DNA of 64,000 bases from Gammaproteobacteria bacterium (GCA_026399205.1 JAPLRL010000035.1:15310-79309), one strand, 5' to 3'; shown: positions 48,830-58,780, counted from the stretch's first letter. The notes: a model not told the origin generated them from the letters alone. Made by a program: numbers and translations.

Positions 48830-50591
48830 ACGCGACTTGAGCGGAAGCTGGTTCGAAATAATGCACGATTAATTGCAAACGTTCAATACCTTGATACACG
48901 TTCACATCTAATGCATACACAGCATATAATGAACGAATGCGCTCATTAGGCCACAAATCGACATTCACATTAAATGCAATCGCATCAATCAGACGCTCGC
49001 TCCCCTGCGGTTTTAGGGTTAATTTTAAATGTTTTTGCCCGACACGTCGTTGTTGAATAATATGAAACTGCCCTTCAAACAACGGCTCAGGAAATTGTTG
49101 CCCCCAAGGACCAGCGTCTTGAATAAGTTTAGCAATCTCTAGGGTAAGATAATCTGCTTCTAATGGACCATCCACTAACAACTCACCTTGACATTTTTCA
49201 ATGGGCAGATGTTTAGCTACTTCCACTTCAAAACACGTTTTAAACGCCTCAAATTGATTGGGATGTAAACTCATGCCTGCGGCCATGGCATGCCCACCAA
49301 ATTTTCCCATCAGGCCTGGGTTGTCTTGATTGATTTGCGCAAGCACGTCTCTAATATTAACTTCAGACACTGAACGCCCTGAACCCTTTAACTCAGTGTC
49401 ACTGACCTTGGCAAAAATAAAAACAGGCCGGTGATGCATTTCTTTCAAGCGACCCGCTAAAATGCCAATCACCCCTTGATGCCAACTGGGATCTTGTAAA
49501 CAAAGCCCTGCGGGTAAATGAGTATGATTAAATTGCTGGGTAATTGCCTGTAAGGCAAGATTAGCTTGCATACGCATGTCTTGTTCGATGAGGCGGCGTT
49601 CATCATTGAGTTGGTCAAGCTGAGCGGCTAACACTTGTGCCTCGCTATATGTTTCACTCAATAAACAAGAGATGCCAACCGACATATCATCCAAGCGCCC
49701 CGCCGCATTTAAACGCGGCGCAATTGCAAACCCAAAATCACTGGCACGTAAATGCCGCATGGTTTTTAAAGCAACTTCAATGAGGGCTTGAATACCGGGC
49801 CTGACTAACCCCTGACGTACACGACGAATCCCTTGAGCGACCAAAATACGGTTATGACTATCGAGTGGAACCACATCAGCAACAGTCCCTAAGGCCACTA
49901 AATCAAGAAACTGCGCCATATTGGGGCATTCAATTTGAGATTCGTTAAACCAGCCACTGTCTTGTAAACGCCTACGTAACGCCAACATGACATAAAAAAT
50001 CACGCCAACACCTGCCATACATTTACTAGGAAACGCATCGCCGACTTGATTAGGGTTCACAATGGCACACGCATCAGGCAATTGTTCACCTGGTAAATGA
50101 TGGTCAGTAATCACGACATCCATCCCCAGTGAATTGGCATGAAGCACGCCTTCTACACTCGAAATCCCATTATCGACAGTAATCAAGAGCTTCGGGTGCG
50201 TTGTTGCCGCTAAATCAACCAGGGGCGGCGTTAATCCATAACCATAGACAAATCGATTAGGCACTAAAAACGAGACGTGCTTCGCCCCCATTTTTCGTAA
50301 AGCAGATACCGCCAACGTGGTTGACGTTGCACCATCAGCATCAAAATCGCCAACAATCATAATATGTTGCTTGTCACGGAGGGCAAGCTCAATACGCGCC
50401 ACAGCTTTATCGATACCCATAAGGGAATCAAACGGCAAGAGTCTTTTTAAATCAGTATCGATGTCTTGAGGTTGCGTCACCCCTCTTGCGGCGTAAATTC
50501 GACGCAAAACTGGGTGTAACATGGAGAGTTGAGAAAGATCCTGTGGTACGGGTCTTTTTTTTATTTGAACCACGGTAGTCCTTAAAGACAT
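48822..50591 (-). CDS. recJ: single-stranded-DNA-specific exonuclease RecJ
   Basis: DHH motifs (IMIVGDFDADGATS, TVDNGIS, VITDHH) and a DHHA1 motif (GGHAMAAG) are present. Confidence 0.9.
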   Translation of the reverse strand: MSLRTTVVQIKKRPVPQDLSQLSMLHPVLRRIYAARGVTQPQDIDTDLKRLLPFDSLMGIDKAVARIELALRDKQHIMIVGDFDADGATSTTLAVSALRKMGAKHVSFLVPNRFVYGYGLTPPLVDLAATTHPKLLITVDNGISSVEGVLHANSLGMDVVITDHHLPGEQLPDACAIVNPNQVGDAFPSKCMAGVGVIFYVMLALRRRLQDSGWFNESQIECPNMAQFLDLVALGTVADVVPLDSHNRILVAQGIRRVRQGLVRPGIQALIEVALKTMRHLRASDFGFAIAPRLNAAGRLDDMSVGISCLLSETYSEAQVLAAQLDQLNDERRLIEQDMRMQANLALQAITQQFNHTHLPAGLCLQDPSWHQGVIGILAGRLKEMHHRPVFIFAKVSDTELKGSGRSVSEVNIRDVLAQINQDNPGLMGKFGGHAMAAGMSLHPNQFEAFKTCFEVEVAKHLPIEKCQGELLVDGPLEADYLTLEIAKLIQDAGPWGQQFPEPLFEGQFHIIQQRRVGQKHLKLTLKPQGSERLIDAIAFNVNVDLWPNERIRSLYAVYALDVNVYQGIERLQLIVHYFEPASAQVACV

Positions 50592-50784
50592 ATTGAAGCG
50601 AATGGGGATGAGTTTAACGTATTGTGGGAAATGGTTCTAGGTTAACGCTCGAATACCAATAAACACTCGAATACCCCCAAACTTCTTCCATAAAACAGTC
50701 TCAACAGCATGCTCCTCTGTGACCGACTCTACTGTTGTATTCAAACGCCTGACCAAGTGTGTTATGATTATAACAAAAAAAAAT

Positions 50785-50922
50785 GTAACTACCCAGGTAC
50801 GTCATCCTGAGCGTAGCGAAGGATCTCAATTTGACAAAGATCTAGCCAAATTCAGGAGGTCCTTCACTGCGTTCAGGATGACGTTTGTTCGTTGTGAGTG
50901 CTAATAAAACAAACTTATCCAC
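50785..50922. mobile_element. C-family MITE, long form (C7); right end diverged or truncated
   Basis: Identical base for base to 4296..4433 by my side-by-side reading. It diverges after ..CTTATCCAC. It lies immediately upstream of the Mth938-like gene. Confidence 0.8.
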
Positions 50923-50932
50923 ACACATCAGG

Positions 50933-51310
50933 ATGAATGATAGCATGGACCTTCAGTGTGAAAACAACGAAAAACACTCTATTCAGACGTATGACCAACA
51001 CAGCGTTCAGGTTGATAACCAGCAGTATCATGAGACCCTGCTTATAAGCGCGAGCCAACTCACAATGATACCGCAACTCAAAGATATTGTTGATATTACG
51101 CCAGCACTGGTGCTCGACAACCTAACCCCCCGCCCGACCATTGTATTGATTGGACATCATCAGCTGAATACGCACCTGTTACCCAAACAACTGCATGAAT
51201 TTATTCAACAAGGAATTGGAGTGGAGTGTATGCCCTTTGATGCGGCCTGCCGTACGTTTAATATCCTATTGGGTGAGGGTCGAACCGTTGCGGTGTTGTT
51301 GGTGATGTGA
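50933..51310 (+). CDS. Mth938-like / DUF498 family protein
   Basis: IQTYDQHSVQVDNQQYHETLLIS..PTIVLIGHHQ..GIGVECMPFDAACRTFNILLGEGRTVAVLL fits the Mth938/Xcc1710 pattern. The track start at 50885 lies inside repeat C7. The start is probably 50933 or 50945. Confidence 0.55.
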   Translation: MNDSMDLQCENNEKHSIQTYDQHSVQVDNQQYHETLLISASQLTMIPQLKDIVDITPALVLDNLTPRPTIVLIGHHQLNTHLLPKQLHEFIQQGIGVECMPFDAACRTFNILLGEGRTVAVLLVM

Positions 51311-51431
51311 GTCCAGCGGCGACTCGGAACGTTCTTCACGTTCTAACGAGCTACGAGCCACCGGTGGACACGTCGCCTGAAAGTCTTCATTAACCTGCAG
51401 ACTCATCGCTAGGCTCCTTTGTCCACCCTAC
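51311..51431. repeat. E-family repeat, partial (E1)
   Basis: It ends in GGCTCCTTTGTCCACCCTAC. Its core CGAGCCACCGGTGGACACGTCGCC is the reverse complement of the E2 core. Confidence 0.75.
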
Positions 51432-52573
51432 AGTAACTTCTTCGCATCGTCTTCATCATTCTCGGGGGCACTCGATTGCCCAGGGCTACTTGTTGGTGTC
51501 GCCTGCGTGAAAAAAGTAGCAGGAATTGCCACTGTCGAGTTTTTTAGAGATACGAATTGAACGTCAAGTTGACTCACCAATTCGCCAAGCTCAGTCATCT
51601 GTTCTTCATCTTTATTTTTATTTTGTCTGATTCTTTTGAGTTTTGTGTGACCCGCATCTTTTCGTGCCTGCAACATTGTTAATTTTTTTTCATCAGGGGT
51701 GGTCGCCTGTTGTTCGGCTGCGATTGTTTGATCGAGCTTAGCTAACATTCTGTTTAGGGCCCACTCTTCTCTTGTCCTGATATCTAACACCAATTGAATC
51801 ACTATATGTTCACGGCAAAGTTGGCTGCGTAAGGTTGAATAATCCTCAGTTGAAAGTGACGAATGTGTATTGATTTCACGATCAGCAACGACTAGTAATT
51901 TCTCTAGACACTGAATACGGGACTGATCAATTTCTATCTCAGTTCCCATTTTTATCACTTGTGCTTCAGGCGATTGTGTACGAATCATCGCTTTTTGTAG
52001 ATCGAGCATCCCAATGGTGTGATGATAGTGTTCAATTTCCCTTAAAGCTGCTTCTGTGCTCATCGGCACACTTGAATTCGTAGCATCTAATGGGTCCGTT
52101 ATTTCTCGGCGTAAAGGTGAGCTGGGATCTGATTCTTCTCGAGTATGGCGCGCGAATAGACCCATTATTTCTGTTACCATCGTCTTCAATTTAAATTGAA
52201 CATTAATTTTATGAACCAGATCTTCTAGTTTCTGAATTTGTTTTCTACATAGCGCTGTTTTTTCATCACCCTGAGCTAACCCGCTGTTTAATACTTTTTC
52301 AGTTTCAACCAAAACAGCTAGCTCACGATAGAGTTGTATTCTCAAATGCCCAAAAAAAGCCAAATCGTTCATGTGTTCAGGAGGTGATTTTTGTTTGGTC
52401 AGGTCAAATTCACCTTTCACGATGGCCTGTTCTGCAGAGAAACATAGACGATCTAGATATTCAGCACGCGCGTGCCTCGATTGAGGGGTTTGTTTTCGAA
52501 GATCGATCTGTGCAATGTGTTCATGCAAGGTTTCGATTGTTTTTAATATTTGTGTATTTATCATATATAGCAA
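51428..52573 (-). CDS. hypothetical coiled-coil protein
   Basis: 381-aa ORF with long helical heptad-like stretches and an acidic tail (..APENDEDDAKKLL). The stop codon TAG (51428..51430) lies in the terminal repeat of E1. Confidence 0.5.
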   Translation of the reverse strand: MLYMINTQILKTIETLHEHIAQIDLRKQTPQSRHARAEYLDRLCFSAEQAIVKGEFDLTKQKSPPEHMNDLAFFGHLRIQLYRELAVLVETEKVLNSGLAQGDEKTALCRKQIQKLEDLVHKINVQFKLKTMVTEIMGLFARHTREESDPSSPLRREITDPLDATNSSVPMSTEAALREIEHYHHTIGMLDLQKAMIRTQSPEAQVIKMGTEIEIDQSRIQCLEKLLVVADREINTHSSLSTEDYSTLRSQLCREHIVIQLVLDIRTREEWALNRMLAKLDQTIAAEQQATTPDEKKLTMLQARKDAGHTKLKRIRQNKNKDEEQMTELGELVSQLDVQFVSLKNSTVAIPATFFTQATPTSSPGQSSAPENDEDDAKKLL

Positions 52574-52696
52574 CCATTAGTCTGATTGTATATACAGTAT
52601 ATGTTTAGTTTTTAATTTATGCAAATAGACGTCTTTGCCCACCCCACACTCTTCTGTTACACTCAAAATATCGTCACACCTATTTCAAGGATCCAC

Positions 52697-53110
52697 ATGT
52701 CTTACAAACGCATTTTGCATGCCACAGATTTACAAAGCGATCATTTTAAGATGTGTGAACAAGCACTCGCTTTTGCAAAATATCATCAAGCGCCACTCTA
52801 TTTAATTCACGTCATTGAAACCCCGCAAAGCTTACTCCTTGCGCAAACACTGGGGTTCGTCGAGCTCGTGGAACCGGCTAAAGAACTTGCCCTAACGGTT
52901 TTAAAAACCATTGCAGATGCCCTGGCACTTCCTTATGAAAATTTATTTGTAGAAACCGGCTCGATTAAAAACCATGTCGTAGACAAAGCAACCGCATTAC
53001 ATTGCGATTTAATCATGGTGGGCAGGCAAGCTGCAGAAGGGTTTTCTCTAGGAAGTACCACATGTCAAATTGCACAACATATGCCATGTGATTTGCTGAT
53101 TTTGCGGTAA
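52697..53110 (+). CDS. universal stress protein (UspA family)
   Basis: I set the start at MSYKRILHATDL. It shows ..LYLIHVIE.. and ..DLIMVGRQ..LGSTTCQIAQHMPCDLLIL. Confidence 0.75.
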   Translation: MSYKRILHATDLQSDHFKMCEQALAFAKYHQAPLYLIHVIETPQSLLLAQTLGFVELVEPAKELALTVLKTIADALALPYENLFVETGSIKNHVVDKATALHCDLIMVGRQAAEGFSLGSTTCQIAQHMPCDLLILR

Positions 53111-53139
53111 TTTAAAGCGCTACATCTTGTAGTTACTGA

Positions 53140-53210
53140 GATCTACCCCCTCTCCCGCGAATTAAATCAAGACAATATTCACCCTTCCGGCGCCGGCGAG
53201 GGGGCAGATC
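53140..53210. repeat. D-like variant (D8)
   Basis: GATCTACCCCCTCTCCCGCG..GGCGCCGGCGAGGGGGCAGATC, between uspA and bioD. Confidence 0.55.
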
Positions 53211-53213
53211 TTG

Positions 53214-53825
53214 CTAACTGATAAACTCTGTACGCAAACACGCGCTTTTCATCCAATGTTTAAGCGTAGTCTCCATGTCAGCTGCGCCACTCTCCCCGAA
53301 ATCATTCGCAATCCACCCTTCAACCTGACACTGATTCGCCAACAAAACTGCCTCAGTCAATAACGCATGATTTATACACCCCAACCGTAACCCCACAACC
53401 AAAATCACGGGGATATTCAAGAGATGAATCACATCCACCCAAGTTTGATGCGCATTCAACGGGACCAAGAGCCCCCCGGCCCCTTCAATCAACACGGTAT
53501 CCACAGGCTGTTTTTGTATCGCTTCAAGACACCATGTCGCGATATCTTCAGCACATAATTCAACACCAACTGCGCTTGCTGCCAAATGTGGTGCGATGGG
53601 GGGTTCGAATGCCCATGGGGTGCGCAGTGACGCGCCTCCTAAGACCGCATCATACTGAAGCACATCTTCACTGACCCACTGCCCAGCTTGCTGAATACAA
53701 CCGCTCGCCACAGGCTTTAAAGCCAGCACCCGTTGCTGCTGACTCAGTGCAGCGCGAATCAGTTCACACATCACATGCGTCTTACCAATGTTGGTGTCTG
53801 TTCCTGTAATAAAAAATGATTTCAT
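53214..53825 (-). CDS. bioD: dethiobiotin synthase
   Basis: Shows FFITGTDTNIGKT..LIEGAGG and sits in the bio operon. The start overlaps the upstream stop (ATGA). Confidence 0.85.
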   Translation of the reverse strand: MKSFFITGTDTNIGKTHVMCELIRAALSQQQRVLALKPVASGCIQQAGQWVSEDVLQYDAVLGGASLRTPWAFEPPIAPHLAASAVGVELCAEDIATWCLEAIQKQPVDTVLIEGAGGLLVPLNAHQTWVDVIHLLNIPVILVVGLRLGCINHALLTEAVLLANQCQVEGWIANDFGESGAADMETTLKHWMKSACLRTEFIS

Positions 53826-54487
53826 GGTTTAAGTCGCATCCAGCCTATAACTCCCACATCAACAACTAGCCAATGATCCGCAGGCGTTTTCATTAATTTC
53901 AAACGTCTCGCATACTGAGGTTTTTCCCATGGTAGGTTAAAATAATTTTGTTCTGCAATGAGGACGCTTTCATGCTCAACCCCAACAATCACCGCAACAT
54001 GTCCAGTTTCCTCAAGCGTTTGATCATAAATCAGTAAATCGCCAGTGCGCGGGTGTACATCTGTCTCTTTATTTTTAAAATGCTGCCAGGGTAAGGATTG
54101 TTTGGTGTGAATCAATTGCGCATCAGTTAAATCCCAAATTTGATAGGCTTGTTTAACGTCTGCAAAGGTCACGCCTTTGTTTTCTATGAGCCAGCGTCTG
54201 GCATATTCTACACATTGCCACTGCATGCCTGTGTATATTTTTTTACCTGACAGTGTGATGTGATGCGGTACTTCACTGACACAATCGCCATTACAATTGC
54301 TATATCCGATTGTTTTTTCTGATTGACCTAACGGGGTTCCGAAAGGCGCGTGGCAGTTTTCCTTACACATGTGGGTCTCGATATGTTTTGCATGAACGGG
54401 CTCTATAATGCTTATGAGTAATAGGGCTACTAACATTAATATTAGGCCCAAACTACAACGATGCAGCAACTGTGTAGGCTGTATCAT
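53822..54487 (-). CDS. secreted CHAP-domain protein, glutathionylspermidine-amidase-like
   Basis: Has an N-terminal signal/anchor (LGLILMLVALLLISIIEPVHA). APFGTPLG..YTGMQWQCVEYARRWLIENKGVTFADVKQAYQIWDL..GDLLIYDQTLEETGHVAVIVGVEHESVLIAEQNY..VIGWMRL is collinear with the N-terminal amidase domain of E. coli Gss (..HKWQCVEFARRFL..TGHVAII..IAEQN..ILGWM). Both gene junctions are ATGA overlaps. Confidence 0.75.
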   Translation of the reverse strand: MIQPTQLLHRCSLGLILMLVALLLISIIEPVHAKHIETHMCKENCHAPFGTPLGQSEKTIGYSNCNGDCVSEVPHHITLSGKKIYTGMQWQCVEYARRWLIENKGVTFADVKQAYQIWDLTDAQLIHTKQSLPWQHFKNKETDVHPRTGDLLIYDQTLEETGHVAVIVGVEHESVLIAEQNYFNLPWEKPQYARRLKLMKTPADHWLVVDVGVIGWMRLKP

Positions 54488-55212
54488 GGTTTGTCAATTT
54501 CGATAATGCATTTTAAATACGCCACAACCCGCTCAGAATGCGACAAAAAAGGTGCGTGCGCAGCGTCATTTAAAAGCAAATAATCAAATTGAGGATACTG
54601 CGCCTTGACGCTATCATGCGTTGTCGCTGGCACAATAGCATCGAGTCTGCCAAACACAAATGCGCCTTTGTTAAGGGTTTTTAAGGCTTCACGTGCGTCC
54701 CAGGATTTTAAAATAGCTAAGCCTTCTTCGAGAGCGGTCACACTGGCCTGACGACCAATACTCAGATGAGCGCGATGCGGCGCTTGAAGCTTTAAAAAGT
54801 CTGTTAATGTTTTTTCAGGATTTTGCGCAAATTGTGACATAAATGTATCAAATGCTTCGGCAGTAATGCCAGGCCATTGTGCCTCGGCGATAAATTTTGG
54901 TGAGGCTGAAATCGCAATAAACTGTTTCACCAACAACGGGGCTTCTAGGGCTAGGCGCATTGCGTACGCACCACCCAACGACCAACCTACTGCATAACAG
55001 GCCGGAGGTAGGCGTTGACTTAAGGTTGCAACAAAGGCGTCCCAGCTGATGTGATCACTATAGCCATATCCTGGTAAATCAACTAAATACACCGTCGCAA
55101 ATGGCGTTAACAAGGGAATAATGGGTTGCCAAATTTGGCTATCAAATCCCCATCCATGAAAAAACACCATGGGAACCGCGCCATTGCCATGCGTTTCAAT
55201 CTTGAGAGTCAT
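54484..55212 (-). CDS. bioH: pimeloyl-ACP methyl ester carboxylesterase BioH
   Basis: Alpha/beta hydrolase with VFFHGWGFDSQIW..VDLPGYGYS..GWSLGG..AAHAPFLSH, collinear with E. coli BioH. Confidence 0.8.
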   Translation of the reverse strand: MTLKIETHGNGAVPMVFFHGWGFDSQIWQPIIPLLTPFATVYLVDLPGYGYSDHISWDAFVATLSQRLPPACYAVGWSLGGAYAMRLALEAPLLVKQFIAISASPKFIAEAQWPGITAEAFDTFMSQFAQNPEKTLTDFLKLQAPHRAHLSIGRQASVTALEEGLAILKSWDAREALKTLNKGAFVFGRLDAIVPATTHDSVKAQYPQFDYLLLNDAAHAPFLSHSERVVAYLKCIIEIDKP

Positions 55213-56311
55213 GTTCTGCTACCTGATGAATGATTTCTAGTAAACGTAAAATCTGTGCTTGTGTGTGATCGGCGTGTAACACAATTCTTAAACCGGTATG
55301 CGCAAGGCTAACGGTAGGCGGGCGAATCGCTCGGCAAAATAGGCCTTGTTTTCCCAATTGCTCAGCAAACCCTATGGCTTTTGCGGAATTGCCTAAGACT
55401 AAATGTTGAATAGGCGTCTCTGAGTCAAGCCATGATAAAGGTGAGTGCAATACGTTCAACTTAAAAAACGCCACATTCTCAAATAGCCGCCCTCTTTGTT
55501 CATCGGCCTCACGCACAAACTGTAAAACCGACGGCAGTGCCGCAGCATATGCAGGACTCATCGCGGTTGAATAAATCGCACCCCTGGCCACTTGCAGTAA
55601 TGCGTTGACCCACTGTGCTTGCCCTGCGACCACTGCCCCTTGGGCGCCACAGGCTTTACCGAGTGGAATAACCCGCAGCGGGACCTCACATTGTGTCAAC
55701 CCACAGGCCTGCACCCGACCTAAGCCTTCATGGCCATACAAACCAAATGCATGTGCCTCATCTACAATCATCGGTGTCATGGGCGCTAAGGTGTCAAAAG
55801 GGGTTAAGTGGCCGCCCATGCTAAATACGCTCTCCGTCACCCATAGGGGTTCGCTCGCTTTTGACCAGTGTTGCTCGAATAAATCATAGCGTTGGTGCGG
55901 GTAACGGATGAGTTTCCCCCCACTTAATTTTAAGCCATCATAAAAAGACGCGTGACTGGATTTATCCATGATGACGCAGTGCCCCAACTGAGCGAGGAGT
56001 GCCATGATAGCAAGATTGGCGACATAGCCAGAATTAAATAACATGGCACTCTCAACTTCAAGTGCGTCACAAAACGCGGCCTCAACCTGACGATGGGCGG
56101 CATGATAGCCGCAAATGACAGTCGAGCCCCCACTCCCCAACGGGTAATCAGCAAATGCTTGTTGAAAAATGGGTTTAAGCCGCAAATCATTCGAAAGGGC
56201 TAAATAATCGTTGCTAGAAAAATCAAGCTCAGCCTGACGTAATTGTCGCTCCCGATACAAGCCTTTGTTTTTTAATGCCTCAACACTCAACAGCATGAGA
56301 CACTGCATCAA
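55196..56311 (-). CDS. bioF: 8-amino-7-oxononanoate synthase
   Basis: PLP enzyme with [32 protein letters not shown](H), in bio operon order. Confidence 0.9.
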   Translation of the reverse strand: MMQCLMLLSVEALKNKGLYRERQLRQAELDFSSNDYLALSNDLRLKPIFQQAFADYPLGSGGSTVICGYHAAHRQVEAAFCDALEVESAMLFNSGYVANLAIMALLAQLGHCVIMDKSSHASFYDGLKLSGGKLIRYPHQRYDLFEQHWSKASEPLWVTESVFSMGGHLTPFDTLAPMTPMIVDEAHAFGLYGHEGLGRVQACGLTQCEVPLRVIPLGKACGAQGAVVAGQAQWVNALLQVARGAIYSTAMSPAYAAALPSVLQFVREADEQRGRLFENVAFFKLNVLHSPLSWLDSETPIQHLVLGNSAKAIGFAEQLGKQGLFCRAIRPPTVSLAHTGLRIVLHADHTQAQILRLLEIIHQVAEHDSQD

Positions 56312-57245
56312 GCCGCTGAGGCGTCATGCCTAATTTTTTAAACAAGGCCTCATCACGACACGGCTTCGGATTGTCTGCGGTTAAGAGGCGCTCGCCTAAA
56401 AATACCGAATTAACCCCCGCACAAAAACACATCGCTTGTAATTCATCACTCATTTCAGTGCGTCCCGCACTCAGGCGAATCACACTTTTCGGCATGATAA
56501 TACGCGCGGTTGCAATGGTTCTGACCAACTCTAAGGGTTCAATGGGATTGGCTTTGGCAAGCGGCGTGCCTTCAACCGGAATCAATGAATTAATGGGGAC
56601 GCTTGTCGGTGCAGGTGATAAATTCGCTAAGGTCATTAAAAATGAAATGCGATCGTCGCGACTTTCACCTAAACCTAAAATGCCGCCACAACACACCCCA
56701 ATGCCTGCTGCTTGAACATTCGCCAAAGTTTGTAAGCGATCACTATAACATCGGGTGGTCACAATTTTTTTATAATGAGCTTCGGAGGTATCGAGGTTAT
56801 GGTTATAAAAATCAAGCCCTGCGTCTTTAAGACGCGCGGCTTGCGTGGGTTCTAGCATCCCCAAAGTCATGCAGGTTTCTAAGCCCATGGCCTTGACCGA
56901 TTGAATCATGTCTACCAATAACGGCATAGATTTTTCAGGCGGACTACGCCACGCAGCCCCCATACAAAACCGAGTCGCACCACTTGCTTTCGCTGCCGCT
57001 GCTTTTTCGACAACACTGGCCAGCGTCATCAGTTTTTCTTTTTGCAGCTCGGTATTGTGATGACCGCTTTGCGAACAATAACCACAATCTTCAGGACAAG
57101 CCCCTGTTTTAATACTCAACAAAGTCGCCAACTCAATAGCCGCCGGATCATGATGCAAACGATGCACGGTTTGTGCTTCATAGAGTAACGATGAAAAGGG
57201 TTGAGTATAAATAGCTTCAACCTGTGACTGATCCCAATTGTTCAT
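56280..57245 (-). CDS. bioB: biotin synthase
   Basis: Radical SAM motif [11 protein letters not shown], plus ..FCMGAAWR.. and ..YNHNLDTS... Confidence 0.95.
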   Translation of the reverse strand: MNNWDQSQVEAIYTQPFSSLLYEAQTVHRLHHDPAAIELATLLSIKTGACPEDCGYCSQSGHHNTELQKEKLMTLASVVEKAAAAKASGATRFCMGAAWRSPPEKSMPLLVDMIQSVKAMGLETCMTLGMLEPTQAARLKDAGLDFYNHNLDTSEAHYKKIVTTRCYSDRLQTLANVQAAGIGVCCGGILGLGESRDDRISFLMTLANLSPAPTSVPINSLIPVEGTPLAKANPIEPLELVRTIATARIIMPKSVIRLSAGRTEMSDELQAMCFCAGVNSVFLGERLLTADNPKPCRDEALFKKLGMTPQRLDAVSHAVEC

Positions 57246-57267
57246 ATCCTGACCTTACGTTGACGCC

Positions 57268-57400
57268 ATTCTCAACCTCTCACTCGAACTAACCGAGCCG
57301 CGACCGTTAGGGAGCGGAAATTTTAAAAGAACACGAAAGTATTAAAACTTCCGCTCCCTAACGGTCGCGGCTCGGATTGTATCGCGTGAAAGTTGAGAAT
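57268..57400. promoter_or_regulatory. 16-18 bp inverted repeat in the bioB/bioA divergent region, arms separated by repeat A7 (candidate split operator)
   Basis: The left arm is ATTCTCAACCTCTCACTC (57268..57285). The right arm is GCGTGAAAGTTGAGAAT (57384..57400), whose reverse complement is ATTCTCAACTTTCACGC. About 14 of 17 positions match. Confidence 0.3.
57293..57375. repeat. A-family, long variant (A7), in the bioB/bioA divergent region
   Basis: CCGAGCCGCGACCGTTAGGGAGCGGAAATTTTAAAAGAACACGAAAGTATTAAAACTTCCGCTCCCTAACGGTCGCGGCTCGG. Confidence 0.9.
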
Positions 57401-57465
57401 CGCGTTACTTTTATGTTCACAACATGATAAAGTGAAAGTCTATACAGAGCAAGAACCATAGCATT

Positions 57466-58767
57466 ATGATTGACCCCAATGACACCCTTATCGCCAGAGA
57501 TCTAGCTCATCATTGGCATCCTGCTATGCGTAGACAAGACTTTAACCTGGTGCCGCCACTTGTCATTCATTCCGCCAAAGGATCGTATCTTGAAACCGCT
57601 CAAGGCCCTGTGATTGATGCCATCTCTAGTTGGTGGTGTAAACCTTTAGGGCATCAACACCCGGCGATTATTCAAGCCATTCAAACGCAGTTGTCTTTGT
57701 TTGAGCATGTCATTTCGGCCCATACGACACATCCACCGCTGGTCGAGCTCGTTGAAAAACTAGCCTCTCTCAGTGGCTTATCCCATGTGTTGTTCGCAAG
57801 TGATGGGTCATCTGCCGTAGAAATTGCCTTAAAACTGATTATTCATGCAAGGCACCTCGAAGGACAATCACATAAAACGCATTTTTTGTCTTTCAAACAG
57901 GCCTATCATGGAGAAACGCTGGCCACATTGAGCGTGAGTGATTTGGGGCGTTATAAAGATCCTTACCAAGCCTTTTGCTTTCCGACCCACTTTATTGATA
58001 TTCCCTACACGAGCGGATTAAACGATCCCTTGTCTCATGATGCGGCAACGCTCTGGGAGCTAACCCAAATACAGCTTGAGCGCATTAAAGATACATTAAC
58101 CGCAGTGATTTTTGAACCGATCATTCAAGGCAGCGCAGGCATGCAATGCTACAGCGTTGATTTTTTAAAACGCCTGATTCAATGGGCACAACAAAACGGC
58201 ATTTACTGTATTGCAGATGAAATCATGACCGGATTTTGCCGAACGGGGGCCTGGTTTGCCACCCAATATACAGGTGAAACCCCTGATTTAATCTGTGTGT
58301 CTAAAGGCTTAACGGGTGGGTCTATGCCACTGAGTGCCGTTTTGATCAGCAAACACATCCAGCAGTGCTTTCAAGAAGAGCCCTTTTTGCATTCCCACAC
58401 GTATAGTGGTCACGCACTCGCCATCAGTGCAGCCCTGGCGACCTTGACCCTTTTAGAATCAGAGTCTTTTAATCAGCAGGCTCATCAACTACAAAAGGCG
58501 ATGTCAGATGCCTTTACTTGGCTGCAAGACAACACGAAAAAGCTCACTCATCAACGCGGCATAGGCGGCATCATCGCCGCTGACCTGCTCCCAGGCCCTC
58601 ACGCCAGAATGGGGTTTAAGCTGCACCAAGAAGCGCTCAAACGCGGTGTTTTGCTGCGGCCCATTGGGAATACGCTGTATTGGTTTCCACCGTTGAATAT
58701 TTCAAAAAATACGTTAGAAGCGTTGACGGAAAAAACATATCAGGCCATTCTAGCGACTTATGGTTAG
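57466..58767 (+). CDS. bioA: adenosylmethionine-8-amino-7-oxononanoate aminotransferase
   Basis: Class III aminotransferase with SSWWC..GH.HP, ..ADEIMTGFCRTG.. and ..VSKGLTGG... It is divergent from bioB. Confidence 0.9.
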   Translation: MIDPNDTLIARDLAHHWHPAMRRQDFNLVPPLVIHSAKGSYLETAQGPVIDAISSWWCKPLGHQHPAIIQAIQTQLSLFEHVISAHTTHPPLVELVEKLASLSGLSHVLFASDGSSAVEIALKLIIHARHLEGQSHKTHFLSFKQAYHGETLATLSVSDLGRYKDPYQAFCFPTHFIDIPYTSGLNDPLSHDAATLWELTQIQLERIKDTLTAVIFEPIIQGSAGMQCYSVDFLKRLIQWAQQNGIYCIADEIMTGFCRTGAWFATQYTGETPDLICVSKGLTGGSMPLSAVLISKHIQQCFQEEPFLHSHTYSGHALAISAALATLTLLESESFNQQAHQLQKAMSDAFTWLQDNTKKLTHQRGIGGIIAADLLPGPHARMGFKLHQEALKRGVLLRPIGNTLYWFPPLNISKNTLEALTEKTYQAILATYG

Positions 58768-58780
58768 GTTGTAGATCGTT

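Noticed and set aside
57405-57445. Second imperfect palindrome TGTTCACAACATGATAAAGTGAAAG upstream of bioA as a BirA box
   Set aside because: Only 5 of 7 positions are symmetric. This is weaker than the split inverted repeat reported as a finding and cannot be evaluated without a motif model.
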